Positions 47,457 to 56,299 of a stretch of DNA of 64,000 nucleotides are shown here, one piece after another. The notes beneath the pieces are model-generated. The model searched no databases. It saw only the letters and a program-made list of their open reading frames with translations, and was not told where the DNA came from. Within the stretch, counting starts at the first letter, position 1, and each line of letters opens with the position of its first letter. The DNA is from Candidatus Shapirobacteria bacterium (GTDB lineage Bacteria > Patescibacteriota > Microgenomatia > UBA12405): positions 3,842 to 67,841 of the forward strand of contig JBAZZE010000003.1 in assembly GCA_041658955.1 (NCBI GenBank), read 5' to 3'. The position numbers and the translations under genes are program-made.

Positions 47457-47475
47457 TGTGGATAGGTGTGGATAA
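47457..47475 (-). promoter_or_regulatory. Tandem DnaA-box-like pair
   Basis: TGTGGATAG and TGTGGATAA (reverse complement of TTATCCACA) next to an AT-rich tract. Confidence 0.4.
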
Positions 47476-47749
47476 GTATATACAGCCTGTAATATTAATA
47501 GGATAATGTTCGATAGCGAAGGGGAGGAACTGTTTCGTCAGTTGGGGGTATATAGTGTGGAGTTTCAGGACAGTTTATTTTGCAGCGATTACATTCACTT
47601 CGAGTGACGATGACAGCGTCTTCGAATTCGGTGAGGTGATGAATCTTAAGTAAATCTCGTTCAATTTTAGCGCTAGAGCAGAAGACTATTTGTTCAGATA
47701 TAATTTTGACCCTTGTCAGAATATCAAAACGGGAAATTCATGCAACTGG

Positions 47750-47857
47750 CAAAAATTCTAGAAAACTTGTAACCGTTTTTCTCACTCGAAGTCAAGTGTG
47801 CGACGCACGTTGAACCTCGCTCGAAAAAAGTTACTGCGTTTTCTTTTAGAATTTTTG
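47750..47857. repeat. Structured palindromic element family 1, copy B
   Basis: CTTGTAACC...TCAAGTGTGCGACGCACGTTGAA...GTTACTGCG with its own outer stem CAAAAATTCTA/TAGAATTTTTG. Confidence 0.85.
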
Positions 47858-47900
47858 ACAAATTTCAGCTTCAATCCTATCTACTTGATAAAATAGTTAA

Positions 47901-48743
47901 ATGAAACGGGGGATAAGACTGGCAATTATTTTAGGTCTACTAGTGGGAATGGTAATTGTATTGGTAGCTTGGAGAATAAATGCCGATCCTAAGGTGGCAC
48001 CGATTGTCCGAGTTATCGAGCCAACTCCGACAGTAGTGGTAGAAAAACCGCTGAAATTTGTGGTGATGTCGGATATTCATATGAACTGGACTGATTGGCG
48101 GAAGTTTTTGGCCAAAGTGAAACCAAGTGGTCAGATGGTGTTGGTGACTGGAGATATGACATCGCTTGGGAAGAAAAATGAATTACTGGCAGCCAAAAAA
48201 GTATTAGATGAGTCGGGAGTGAAATATGCGGTCATTCCGGGAAACCATGACATGTGGGAATCAGATCGGATTAAGACTAGCCTTTTTAACGAAGTCTTTG
48301 GAAAGGAATACCGAAGTGTTCGGCTTGAAGGTAGAAAATTTATCATGATTAATAATGGTCGAGCGACAGGATTAGGAACAGTTCAACGGGCATGGTTAGA
48401 GAATGAAGTAAAAGAATGTACGGTAGTAAAGTGTATTGCTCTGATGCATATGCCCTTAAATCATGGAATATCAGCCCATATCATGGGAGAGAAAAACAAA
48501 AAAGTAACTGAGGAGGTAGGGGAATTAATGAAACTTTTGAAAGCGAATAATGTAATGGACATTATAGCTGGACATCTGCATTATTCCGGGTCATATGAAT
48601 TGGATGGTCTACGAACTTATCTTTCTGGTGCAGTGACTCGGGAGCGCAACACTCAAACTCCACGGTACACCCAATACACAATGACTGGCGATCAACTTCA
48701 GGGATTGGTGGTAGTTGGAGAAGAAAATGAAATAGGTGATTAG
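47901..48743 (+). CDS. Membrane-anchored calcineurin-like metallophosphoesterase
   Basis: SDIH, TGD, PGNHD, MHMP, AGHLH. Confidence 0.88.
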   Translation: MKRGIRLAIILGLLVGMVIVLVAWRINADPKVAPIVRVIEPTPTVVVEKPLKFVVMSDIHMNWTDWRKFLAKVKPSGQMVLVTGDMTSLGKKNELLAAKKVLDESGVKYAVIPGNHDMWESDRIKTSLFNEVFGKEYRSVRLEGRKFIMINNGRATGLGTVQRAWLENEVKECTVVKCIALMHMPLNHGISAHIMGEKNKKVTEEVGELMKLLKANNVMDIIAGHLHYSGSYELDGLRTYLSGAVTRERNTQTPRYTQYTMTGDQLQGLVVVGEENEIGD

Positions 48744-48766
48744 TTTCTTTGTAGTTATAATTAGTC

Positions 48767-49240
48767 ATGATATTGGGTATTGATCCAGGGTTAGAAAACA
48801 CCGGTTGGGGAATTATAGAGGAGAATAAAAATGGTGGATATAAGTTGGTTGACTGTGGGGTAATAGTGACAAGTAATAAAAAAAGTTATCCGGAAAGACT
48901 CAAAGAAATCTACGACAGTCTTTTGGAAATAGTAAAGAAAAATAAAATAACCGAGATGGCGATGGAGAGTTTGTTTTTTGCCAAAAATAGTTCGTCGGCG
49001 ATCAGGGTGGCGGAAGCCATTGGGGTGATAAAACTTTGTGGAATAAATAACGGACTAGACCTGGTGGAATACACCCCATTACAAGTAAAAATGGCGTTGG
49101 TGGGATTTGGAAGGGCTGAAAAAGAACAAGTGGAAATTATGGTGCGGACTGAGCTATCCCTAGAAGAGGAGATTAGCCCTTCGCATGCGGCAGATGCGGT
49201 GGCAGTAGCCCTGACACAAGCGTTTACAATGAAAGTATAG
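48767..49240 (+). CDS. ruvC: Holliday junction resolvase RuvC
   Basis: ILGIDPG...TGWG, AMESLFF, EYTP.QVK....G.GRA.KEQV, HAADA.AVA. Confidence 0.95.
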   Translation: MILGIDPGLENTGWGIIEENKNGGYKLVDCGVIVTSNKKSYPERLKEIYDSLLEIVKKNKITEMAMESLFFAKNSSSAIRVAEAIGVIKLCGINNGLDLVEYTPLQVKMALVGFGRAEKEQVEIMVRTELSLEEEISPSHAADAVAVALTQAFTMKV

Positions 49241-49305
49241 TGTAATTTATATTACATTATTTCTAAACAAACTCTCATATTATTTTAAGTTGAAGTAAAA
49301 GCTAC

Positions 49306-49407
49306 TTAATACTTGAATTCTCGTAACCATTTTTTATTGCCGAGAATCAATCTGGTTGTCCAGGTTGAAACAGTCAATAAAAAAGATTACTTCGAATTCA
49401 GTATTAA
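49306..49407. repeat. Structured palindromic element family 1, copy C
   Basis: Same arms as copies A/D but apical hairpin replaced by CTGG-TTGT-CCAG; outer stem TGAATTC/GAATTCA. Confidence 0.9.
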
Positions 49408-49503
49408 TCCACCAAACGAATTAACTAACTGTTAAACAGTTCTTTCAAAATAAGATATATGTTTCGTCTTTCCTTCGGGGGTGGGTAAATGTTATGATGA
49501 GCT

Positions 49504-50067
49504 ATGATCAGTAGCCTCCGAGGCAAGGTGAGTCGAATTAGTCAAAATCAGGTAGAGATTGATGTGGGTGGAGTAGGATATTCAGTCTTCATGGGAAGAC
49601 ATAATTTTATTGAAGACCAAGAAGTAAAAGTGTTTACTTTTATGGCAGTTTCAGAAAATGATATGAGTCTTTATGGATTCGAGAAGTTCGAAGATCTTGA
49701 TCTTTTTAAAATGATGATTACTGTATCTGGAGTTGGTCCAAAGTCAGCGGCTCATATTTTGGCGAGCACGACTGGAACCGAGATAGTTAAAGCAATCGGG
49801 GATGCTGATGTTGAATTTTTCAAAAAACTAAAAGGGATTGGTTTAAAAACGGCTCAAAGAATTATCGTTGATCTTAAATCAAAAATTGGGGGGTTGGGAG
49901 TACTTGATTTGAAAGATAGTTTGCCACTGTTGGAAGATGATGTAGTGCTGAGCTTACAACAGCTTGGGTTTGAAAAGAAAGAAATTGAAAAAGTAGTCAA
50001 GAGAATTCCGGCGGAGTTAGAAGAGTTGGAAGAGAGGATTAGTTGGTGCTTAACAAATATCAAATAA
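49504..50067 (+). CDS. ruvA: Holliday junction DNA-binding protein RuvA
   Basis: MI..L.G, GVGY.V, LYGF, VSGVGPK.A, GIG.KTAQRII.DLK.K. Confidence 0.95.
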   Translation: MISSLRGKVSRISQNQVEIDVGGVGYSVFMGRHNFIEDQEVKVFTFMAVSENDMSLYGFEKFEDLDLFKMMITVSGVGPKSAAHILASTTGTEIVKAIGDADVEFFKKLKGIGLKTAQRIIVDLKSKIGGLGVLDLKDSLPLLEDDVVLSLQQLGFEKKEIEKVVKRIPAELEELEERISWCLTNIK

Positions 50068-51026
50068 TGACTGACAAAAACCTGGATCCAAAACTAAAGC
50101 CGGAAGATAAAGAAATTGAACTATCGATTCGACCAAAGGGACTTTCAGAATTTATTGGTCAACAAAAATTAAAAGATCAGCTCGACATATTTATTCGGGC
50201 GGCCAAGTCACGAGGGGAACCTCTTGACCATATTTTGTTTTACGGACCTCCGGGTCTTGGTAAGACTACTCTGGCCATGCTTTTATCAGGGGAGATGGGA
50301 TCGAATATTAAAATTACTTCTGGTCCAGCATTGACGAGAGCGGGTGACCTAGCATCCATTCTGACAAGCCTTAAGAAAGGCGATTTTTTATTCATCGATG
50401 AAATTCATCGACTCAACAAAATTGTTGAGGAGACGCTTTATAGTGCGATGGAAGACTATGCTCTCGATATTGTCTTGGGTAAAGGTCCATCGGCAAGGTC
50501 GGTTCGATTGAAATTACAAAAATTTACAATTGTCGGAGCGACGACTCGGATAGGTCTGATTAGTAGTCCAATGAGAGACCGGTTTGGAATGGTTCAGCAA
50601 ATTGATTTTTATGAAGAACAAAATTTAAAAGATATTGTGGAGCGGACAGCCAAAGTACTGGGTGTAGAAATCGAAACCCTGGCTGCCCGAGAAATTGCCA
50701 AGAGGTCGAGAGGTACTCCGAGAATTGCTAATCGACTTTTAAAGAGAGTTAGGGATTATGCTCAAGTGGCAGGTGATGGAAAAATAAATTGGAAAGAATC
50801 AAAGGAAGCACTTCTAAAATTGGGGGTAGATGAGTTAGGTTTATCTGATGCAGATAGGAGGTATTTGGATGTGGTCAAAAACCAGTATGGTGGAGGACCG
50901 GTGGGGGTGGAAAATATTGCGGCGGCATTGACTGAAGATGTAGAAACCATTACCGATGTCTATGAACCGTTTTTGATGAAGAAGGGGTTGGTGAAGAGAA
51001 CTCCTCGAGGAAGGGTGACGAGTTAA
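50067..51026 (+). CDS. ruvB: Holliday junction branch-migration ATPase RuvB
   Basis: [56 protein letters not shown]; ATG overlaps ruvA TAA. Confidence 0.97.
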   Translation: MTDKNLDPKLKPEDKEIELSIRPKGLSEFIGQQKLKDQLDIFIRAAKSRGEPLDHILFYGPPGLGKTTLAMLLSGEMGSNIKITSGPALTRAGDLASILTSLKKGDFLFIDEIHRLNKIVEETLYSAMEDYALDIVLGKGPSARSVRLKLQKFTIVGATTRIGLISSPMRDRFGMVQQIDFYEEQNLKDIVERTAKVLGVEIETLAAREIAKRSRGTPRIANRLLKRVRDYAQVAGDGKINWKESKEALLKLGVDELGLSDADRRYLDVVKNQYGGGPVGVENIAAALTEDVETITDVYEPFLMKKGLVKRTPRGRVTS

Positions 51027-51045
51027 CTTATTACAATAAAACCTA

Positions 51046-51134
51046 TCAAGTTCTCGTAACCATTTTTTATTGCCAAGAATCAAGTGTGCGACGCACGTTG
51101 AAACAGGCAAAAAAAAAGATTACTTCGAACTTGA
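51046..51134. repeat. Structured palindromic element family 1, copy D
   Basis: TCAAGTTC-TCGTAACCATTTTTTATTGCC...GTGCGACGCAC...GGCAAAAAAAAAGATTACTTC-GAACTTGA. Confidence 0.9.
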
Positions 51135-51148
51135 AGCTTTATATAAAT

Positions 51149-51186
51149 TGCGAAAACTACCCTCCGGAAATGTATTTGACATTGAA
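51149..51186. repeat. Right-arm remnant of element family 2
   Basis: TGCGAAAACT...GGAAATGTATTTGAC resembles the 3' arm of copy F (CTGCGAAACCT...GGAAACGTCTTTGAG). Confidence 0.5.
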
Positions 51187-51202
51187 TTTGTTATTTTCGG
51201 AA

Positions 51203-51775
51203 CTATAGTGACGGTGTTTTAATTAGTTCCATTTGGTTGAAGTCTGCAATCGGAACGACAGTGGTTTTGTCGGGAATTATGTGAACATCTTTGTTGACCC
51301 AAAGGAATACACCATTAAAATTGAAAGGTTCGGTGTAGTCATGGCCTACAAAAGCGAATAGAGTTGTTTCTTCGTCCGGTGCAAAACACCTGAACGAATC
51401 GTTGACTCCAACCGCCCGACCATGGTCAGCTAGGACTACGTTACTATTTGGTGCTGATGTACCAATGGGGTAGTCTACTTCATGAGTTTTGGCAAATGCC
51501 GAGGTGTGAATTTCGGGGCCATCTCCGATCGTATAGCTAAAGATAGTGGCAACACCTCTGCCTGTATCTACATGACTTATTGTTCCAGCACCAAACTCTT
51601 TTTCACCAATCACTTTCTGCAATCGAGTAATATCGAATTGATGTTTTTCTAACCAATGATCACCGGGCCAACCGCTATAAGTAGGTTCTTTACTAACTCC
51701 AAGTCGACGCTTGATACCTTCTACTGAAAACGCTTTTGGAACTGGTTTTACAGTTACTTTATCGAATGATGCCAT
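51203..51775 (-). CDS. Hypothetical protein
   Basis: Start moved to ATG 51775 (MASFDKV), TATAAT 6 nt upstream. Confidence 0.65.
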   Translation of the reverse strand: MASFDKVTVKPVPKAFSVEGIKRRLGVSKEPTYSGWPGDHWLEKHQFDITRLQKVIGEKEFGAGTISHVDTGRGVATIFSYTIGDGPEIHTSAFAKTHEVDYPIGTSAPNSNVVLADHGRAVGVNDSFRCFAPDEETTLFAFVGHDYTEPFNFNGVFLWVNKDVHIIPDKTTVVPIADFNQMELIKTPSL

Positions 51776-51873
51776 GATTGGATTATACCGCAGTGTTTCT
51801 ATGGAACAAAAAAAGTCGAACATAGCAATACAAGTTTGTAATAAGGTATAGTTTGATAGAGCAATAAAACAGA

Positions 51874-53181
51874 TTATCTACGGGTGATGAGAGTGTTACC
51901 AAGGACTTCGGCGGTGTTACCACTGCTGATTAATAACAAAGAAATATTCAAATGAGGGATAACTAGTTTGCCTCCACGAGAATAAGTGTGACAAACCATC
52001 TTAAGAGGTATGTTTGCTGGAAGAGTGGCGACTGGCCTATCTTCGTTGGTGGAGCGGAGCTGGTCGGTTAACAACTTGTGTAGAACAGCTATTTTAGGGT
52101 TGGCACTAGGGTCAGATTTACTCAACCTGACTTTAGTCTGTTCGTATTTGTTTTTTAATTTAATCAATTTAGCGGTAGCTTCATCATCTAGACCACCTTT
52201 TTCCAGCCAAGAGTTTACTTGCATGAGAGTCGGCTTAAATACTTGAGCCCGGTTGAAGAGTTCTAAGGCTATTTCCTGGGAGATCCCTAATTCTCTTAAT
52301 TGAGAGACCGCTAAGGCAATAATTTGAGGGTGAGCTGATTCACGGGAACACCAAAGTTGTTGATGGCTTTGAAGCAGTATCTGATAACCCTGATTCAGGG
52401 TGCCAACTAGTTGATAACCAATTTCCAAGTAATCATTAAGACGGGTACTATTGGCGATACTAATAGAGACGCCAACTCCATAAGGGTTGTTTGGTTCATG
52501 CACTGAAGAGACATCAATCTTTCCAACTGACTTAATATTCTCGGAAATTTGGGCTGAGATAGGTTCAAAAAGATCGGCAAATAATAGACTAACTGGGGAA
52601 TAGAATTTTAGAATTTGGGCAGGGGATGGTTCAACCCGATCGTTTGATGAGGGGACCGGGGGATAGGCAATGTGAAGATGGTTAAAAGGATCGGATGGAG
52701 GACCGGCACTTTGACCTAATTGATTATCTTTTGGGGTGTAGCCAAATAGTTGGAAAATAACTGGGTGAATTTTAGTGTTGTTGTAAAGGTGCCAATAAAC
52801 AGCACTAACACCTGATGCCAGTGAACGGACAGTTTTTTTATTTAGACCTTTTGGGGTAATTTCTGCAGTTAGATTTTGACTCCAGACATTGTAATGGGCG
52901 GGAGTGTCTCCACGGTGAACGAAATCTAATTCATGATCGGCACTAACTACTCGACCATTAGTATGTGGTGAGTAAACTGGACAGACAATGATACTTTCAT
53001 CGTTTGGATTGAGAGCGTGGACATTTTCTTGTTGTAGTCCGGTCCAAAAAGCATGTCTACCTTCAGCTGTATCCATGTTATTAACAAGATCTTTTCTCTG
53101 ACCTTGAGGTGGTACAACAATTTGGCTGAGAATTATTTTGTCTGGTAAATGACTGATGGCTTCGGAAACTGTTTTTACCAT
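51874..53181 (-). CDS. Hypothetical protein, possible HIT-like HxH motif
   Basis: 435 aa; GQS...FNHLHIAYP. Confidence 0.6.
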   Translation of the reverse strand: MVKTVSEAISHLPDKIILSQIVVPPQGQRKDLVNNMDTAEGRHAFWTGLQQENVHALNPNDESIIVCPVYSPHTNGRVVSADHELDFVHRGDTPAHYNVWSQNLTAEITPKGLNKKTVRSLASGVSAVYWHLYNNTKIHPVIFQLFGYTPKDNQLGQSAGPPSDPFNHLHIAYPPVPSSNDRVEPSPAQILKFYSPVSLLFADLFEPISAQISENIKSVGKIDVSSVHEPNNPYGVGVSISIANSTRLNDYLEIGYQLVGTLNQGYQILLQSHQQLWCSRESAHPQIIALAVSQLRELGISQEIALELFNRAQVFKPTLMQVNSWLEKGGLDDEATAKLIKLKNKYEQTKVRLSKSDPSANPKIAVLHKLLTDQLRSTNEDRPVATLPANIPLKMVCHTYSRGGKLVIPHLNISLLLISSGNTAEVLGNTLITRR

Positions 53182-53207
53182 AAGTAGGGGTATTATACTG
53201 TAGAACC

Positions 53208-53239
53208 AAAAAAGGAGCCAGCGATTAGACTGACCCCTT
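53208..53239 (-). terminator. Intrinsic terminator of the HTH gene
   Basis: Minus strand AAGGGGTCAG-TCTAATCG-CTGGCTCCTTTTTT. Confidence 0.7.
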
Positions 53240-53293
53240 AGAAGGTAAGGTTAGAATTGCCAGAGCCAACTTGCGTTGGCCAAGGCAATAAAT

Positions 53294-53551
53294 TTATTCC
53301 GTTTGAATCCCCAACAGCCAGAGTACGGCTTCTTTGCGGTAACGGCGATCACCGCGGGCGTTGATGCGGATGGCGGGCAATTTGCCACGCTTACCCCAAC
53401 GCTTGATGGTCAACTTTGATACACGGAGTAGGTCGGCAACTTCAGCGACGGTTAGAAGGTCGGGGAGGTTATCGATACTAACTCCATTAATTTTTTTTGG
53501 AGCAGGATTTTGTTTCACAAGTTTGTCTTGTGATGGGGTTTGATCTTCCAT
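53294..53551 (-). CDS. Excisionase-family (HTH_17/MerR-like) DNA-binding protein
   Basis: LLTVAEVADLLRVS..TI.RW...GKLPA.R...G.RRY; SD GAGGAG upstream. Confidence 0.85.
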   Translation of the reverse strand: MEDQTPSQDKLVKQNPAPKKINGVSIDNLPDLLTVAEVADLLRVSKLTIKRWGKRGKLPAIRINARGDRRYRKEAVLWLLGIQTE

Positions 53552-53726
53552 TGGGTGGCTCCTCTTGTATCAATGTAATGGTTAACTGTATTCATTAAAA
53601 CATATTGCATACTAGTAGGTCAATAATGAAAAAAATAAATTTGGGGATTATTTTATTAATGAATGGTAAATGGGGGTAAAAGGAAATTTTTTCCAAACAG
53701 AAGGAGGCTTAGTGTAGAATTATTTT

Positions 53727-54722
53727 ATGAGTGAATACAAAATAGCTTTCTTCGGTGTCAAAAGTTGGGAAAGAAAAATTATTGAAGAACAGATAATAAA
53801 TCTAGATGCGACTGGGGTGGGAATTTTTGCGGATGAACTACATGAGAATATTGAGATGGCTAAGAAGTATGACATTGTCTCAGTGTTTGTCTATTCAAAA
53901 CTAACAAAAGAAGTATTGGATAAACTACCCAACTTGAAAATGATTGCAACCCGATCGACAGGGGTCGATCACATTGACTGTAGTGAATGTGATAAAAGAA
54001 AAATTGTGGTGAAGAATGTACCGACTTATGGATCAAATACCGTCGCTGAATACACTATCGCTTTACTGTTAGCGGTTGCCAAAAGAATTGTGCCAGCTCA
54101 TCAGTCAGTGGAAGATGCTGAGTTTAGTCCTGAAGGCCTGACCGGGCTTGATGTCTTTGGTAAGACTTTGGGGGTAATTGGAGCGGGTCGGATTGGTCAA
54201 AATGTGATTAAGATCGCCAGAGGTTTGGGGATGAAAATTATTGCAGTGGAACGGACTCGGGATGAGAAGTTGGCCAAGAAACTGCATTTTAAATATGTGA
54301 CCTTAGAAGAATGTTTGGCGCAATCAGATTTTCTAACTCTACACGTACCAGCGATTCCTGAGACAAGGCATATGATTAACCTGAAGAACATTAAGTTGAT
54401 GAAAAAGGGTTCGGTGTTGATCAACACCTCTCGAGGTAAAGTAGTGAAGACTGAAGCGATTGTGTGGGCCTTGGCTAACAAGATTCTGTGGGGAGCCGGT
54501 CTTGATGTGACCGAGGATGAAGACTTGCTGGAAAGTGTAGCGATGGTGTCGAGCACTAAACCAACCAAAGATGATTTACAGGAAGTTTTGACTTTCCATT
54601 TATTACGCGATCGGGATGATGTGGTGTTTACTCCTCATAATGCTTTCAATACTCAAGAGGCGATTGGGCGAATTGTGGCGACGACAGTGGAAAACATTAG
54701 GGCTTTTGCTAAAGGTGAATAA
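53727..54722 (+). CDS. D-isomer-specific 2-hydroxyacid (D-lactate-like) dehydrogenase
   Basis: TRSTG.DHID, NVP.YG...VAE, GVIGAGRIG, INTSRG, LDV.E, TPHNAF. Confidence 0.92.
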   Translation: MSEYKIAFFGVKSWERKIIEEQIINLDATGVGIFADELHENIEMAKKYDIVSVFVYSKLTKEVLDKLPNLKMIATRSTGVDHIDCSECDKRKIVVKNVPTYGSNTVAEYTIALLLAVAKRIVPAHQSVEDAEFSPEGLTGLDVFGKTLGVIGAGRIGQNVIKIARGLGMKIIAVERTRDEKLAKKLHFKYVTLEECLAQSDFLTLHVPAIPETRHMINLKNIKLMKKGSVLINTSRGKVVKTEAIVWALANKILWGAGLDVTEDEDLLESVAMVSSTKPTKDDLQEVLTFHLLRDRDDVVFTPHNAFNTQEAIGRIVATTVENIRAFAKGE

Positions 54723-54743
54723 ATTTGTATAATGTAGGAACCT

Positions 54744-55832
54744 ATGAAGTTTGTAATCATGGCCGGTGGTACCGGCAGCAAGCTCTGGCCAATTAGCCGA
54801 GCCAAAGACCCCAAGCAGTTTATAAAAATAGTAGGAGAAAAAACACTCTTCCAACTGACAGTAGAATCGCTTCTAAAGCGATACACTGTCCAAGATATTT
54901 TTGTATCGACGACCGAAGATTTGGTTCATTTTGTCGAAGATCAAACACCAAACATTCCCAAAGAAAATTATATTATCGAGCCGATGGCGAGAGATACTGG
55001 TCCGGCGTCGTGTTTTGCGATGGCAAAAGTGGCGGCTAAGTATCCCGATGAGGTGGTTTATTTTTATGTCCAGGCAGTGTGTACCCGAGAACCAGCTGAG
55101 AAATTTTTGGACATGATTGAGGAAATGGAGAAGTTGGTAAACAAAGAAGGAAAGTTAGTTACTGGCACAATTTTGCCAAAATACATTGAGACAGGAAGTG
55201 ATTTGATGAAGTTGGGTGATAAACAAGAATTGGGCAAGGGAATGAATGCTTATCAAATAAAAGAATTCATAAATGTAGTTAAGGAACGGATGACCATGGA
55301 GCAAGTGGGGGAGATTGCCAGAAATAATACGGTAGGAACTCATACTAATCATTTGACTTGGAAGCCAAAATTATTTTTTGAGGCAGTAAAAAAATATCGA
55401 CCAGATTGGTTGGCGGTAGTTGAGGAGCTCAAGGCGGTTTTTGGAAAAGAAAATGAAAAAGAATTGGTGGCAGAAATTTATGCTAAGTTTGAAAAAGGTC
55501 GAGTTGAACTGATGACAACAGAATTAATTAAAGATGGGTTAATGATGGCAGTCGAATTGCCTTTTGATTGGGCGCATATCACCACTTGGGATGATGTTTA
55601 TCGCTACCGACGAAGTCGGGGATTGCCAGAGATTGAGGGTAAGGTAATGGAACTAGAGAGTAATGAAAACTTGGTGTTATCAAACGGTAAAAAATTAATA
55701 GTGTTGGCCGGTATGAATGAAATGGTGGTGGTGGAAACAGATGATGCCATCTATATATCACCACGATCAAAATCAAATAAGGTCAAAGATGTGACCGACA
55801 AGTTGGCAGAGACAAATCCGGAACTACTCTAA
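54744..55832 (+). CDS. Mannose-1-phosphate guanylyltransferase-like nucleotidyltransferase (divergent)
   Basis: IMAGG.G..LWP.SR...PKQF, EP..RDTGPA, C-terminal VVVET.DA....VK beta-helix segment. Confidence 0.8.
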   Translation: MKFVIMAGGTGSKLWPISRAKDPKQFIKIVGEKTLFQLTVESLLKRYTVQDIFVSTTEDLVHFVEDQTPNIPKENYIIEPMARDTGPASCFAMAKVAAKYPDEVVYFYVQAVCTREPAEKFLDMIEEMEKLVNKEGKLVTGTILPKYIETGSDLMKLGDKQELGKGMNAYQIKEFINVVKERMTMEQVGEIARNNTVGTHTNHLTWKPKLFFEAVKKYRPDWLAVVEELKAVFGKENEKELVAEIYAKFEKGRVELMTTELIKDGLMMAVELPFDWAHITTWDDVYRYRRSRGLPEIEGKVMELESNENLVLSNGKKLIVLAGMNEMVVVETDDAIYISPRSKSNKVKDVTDKLAETNPELL

Positions 55833-56138
55833 CTATCTTGAGGGACTAAAATCGACATCAAGAACTGGGTCACCGGCACGATTTTTGAAGGTAAGAGAGA
55901 TTTTTTCATCAACATGAAGTGAGTGGCCACCAAAGTCACAAACCAATTTTCCATCAGCATCAAAGACTTGGACATCGGCTGGGATATTTATGAGAGAGGC
56001 TCGGCCAGTATCAGAGAGCTTAAAACCGGTGAGTGAGGCGTCTTGCCCTGGTTCATTCAGCTGGGGGAGCAGTCCATTTCGGACAGTCCCTAATGTGGTT
56101 GCTTGTTCGCCGCTACGTAGAGATAATGTTGATGCCAT
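55833..56138 (-). CDS. Small hypothetical protein
   Basis: 101 aa, TATAAT 5 nt upstream of ATG. Confidence 0.6.
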   Translation of the reverse strand: MASTLSLRSGEQATTLGTVRNGLLPQLNEPGQDASLTGFKLSDTGRASLINIPADVQVFDADGKLVCDFGGHSLHVDEKISLTFKNRAGDPVLDVDFSPSR

Positions 56139-56299
56139 GGGATATTATAACATATTTATATCCTATAGTAAAATTTAGGTAGGAAATTGTGGCTAGTCTA
56201 GCTTCAGGGAAAAGTTTATAGGGGCGGGAACAAAGTTATTATAAACATAAAAAATAAGAAATCCATTGATTTGGTTTTACTTCTGCCTAGAATGGGAGG

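Noticed and set aside
47360-47500. Replication origin
   Set aside because: Only two boxes, no dnaA/dnaN, + strand appears G-rich on both sides
53294-53551. Prophage or integrative element marked by excisionase-like gene
   Set aside because: No integrase, att repeats or phage genes nearby; better read as a stand-alone HTH regulator
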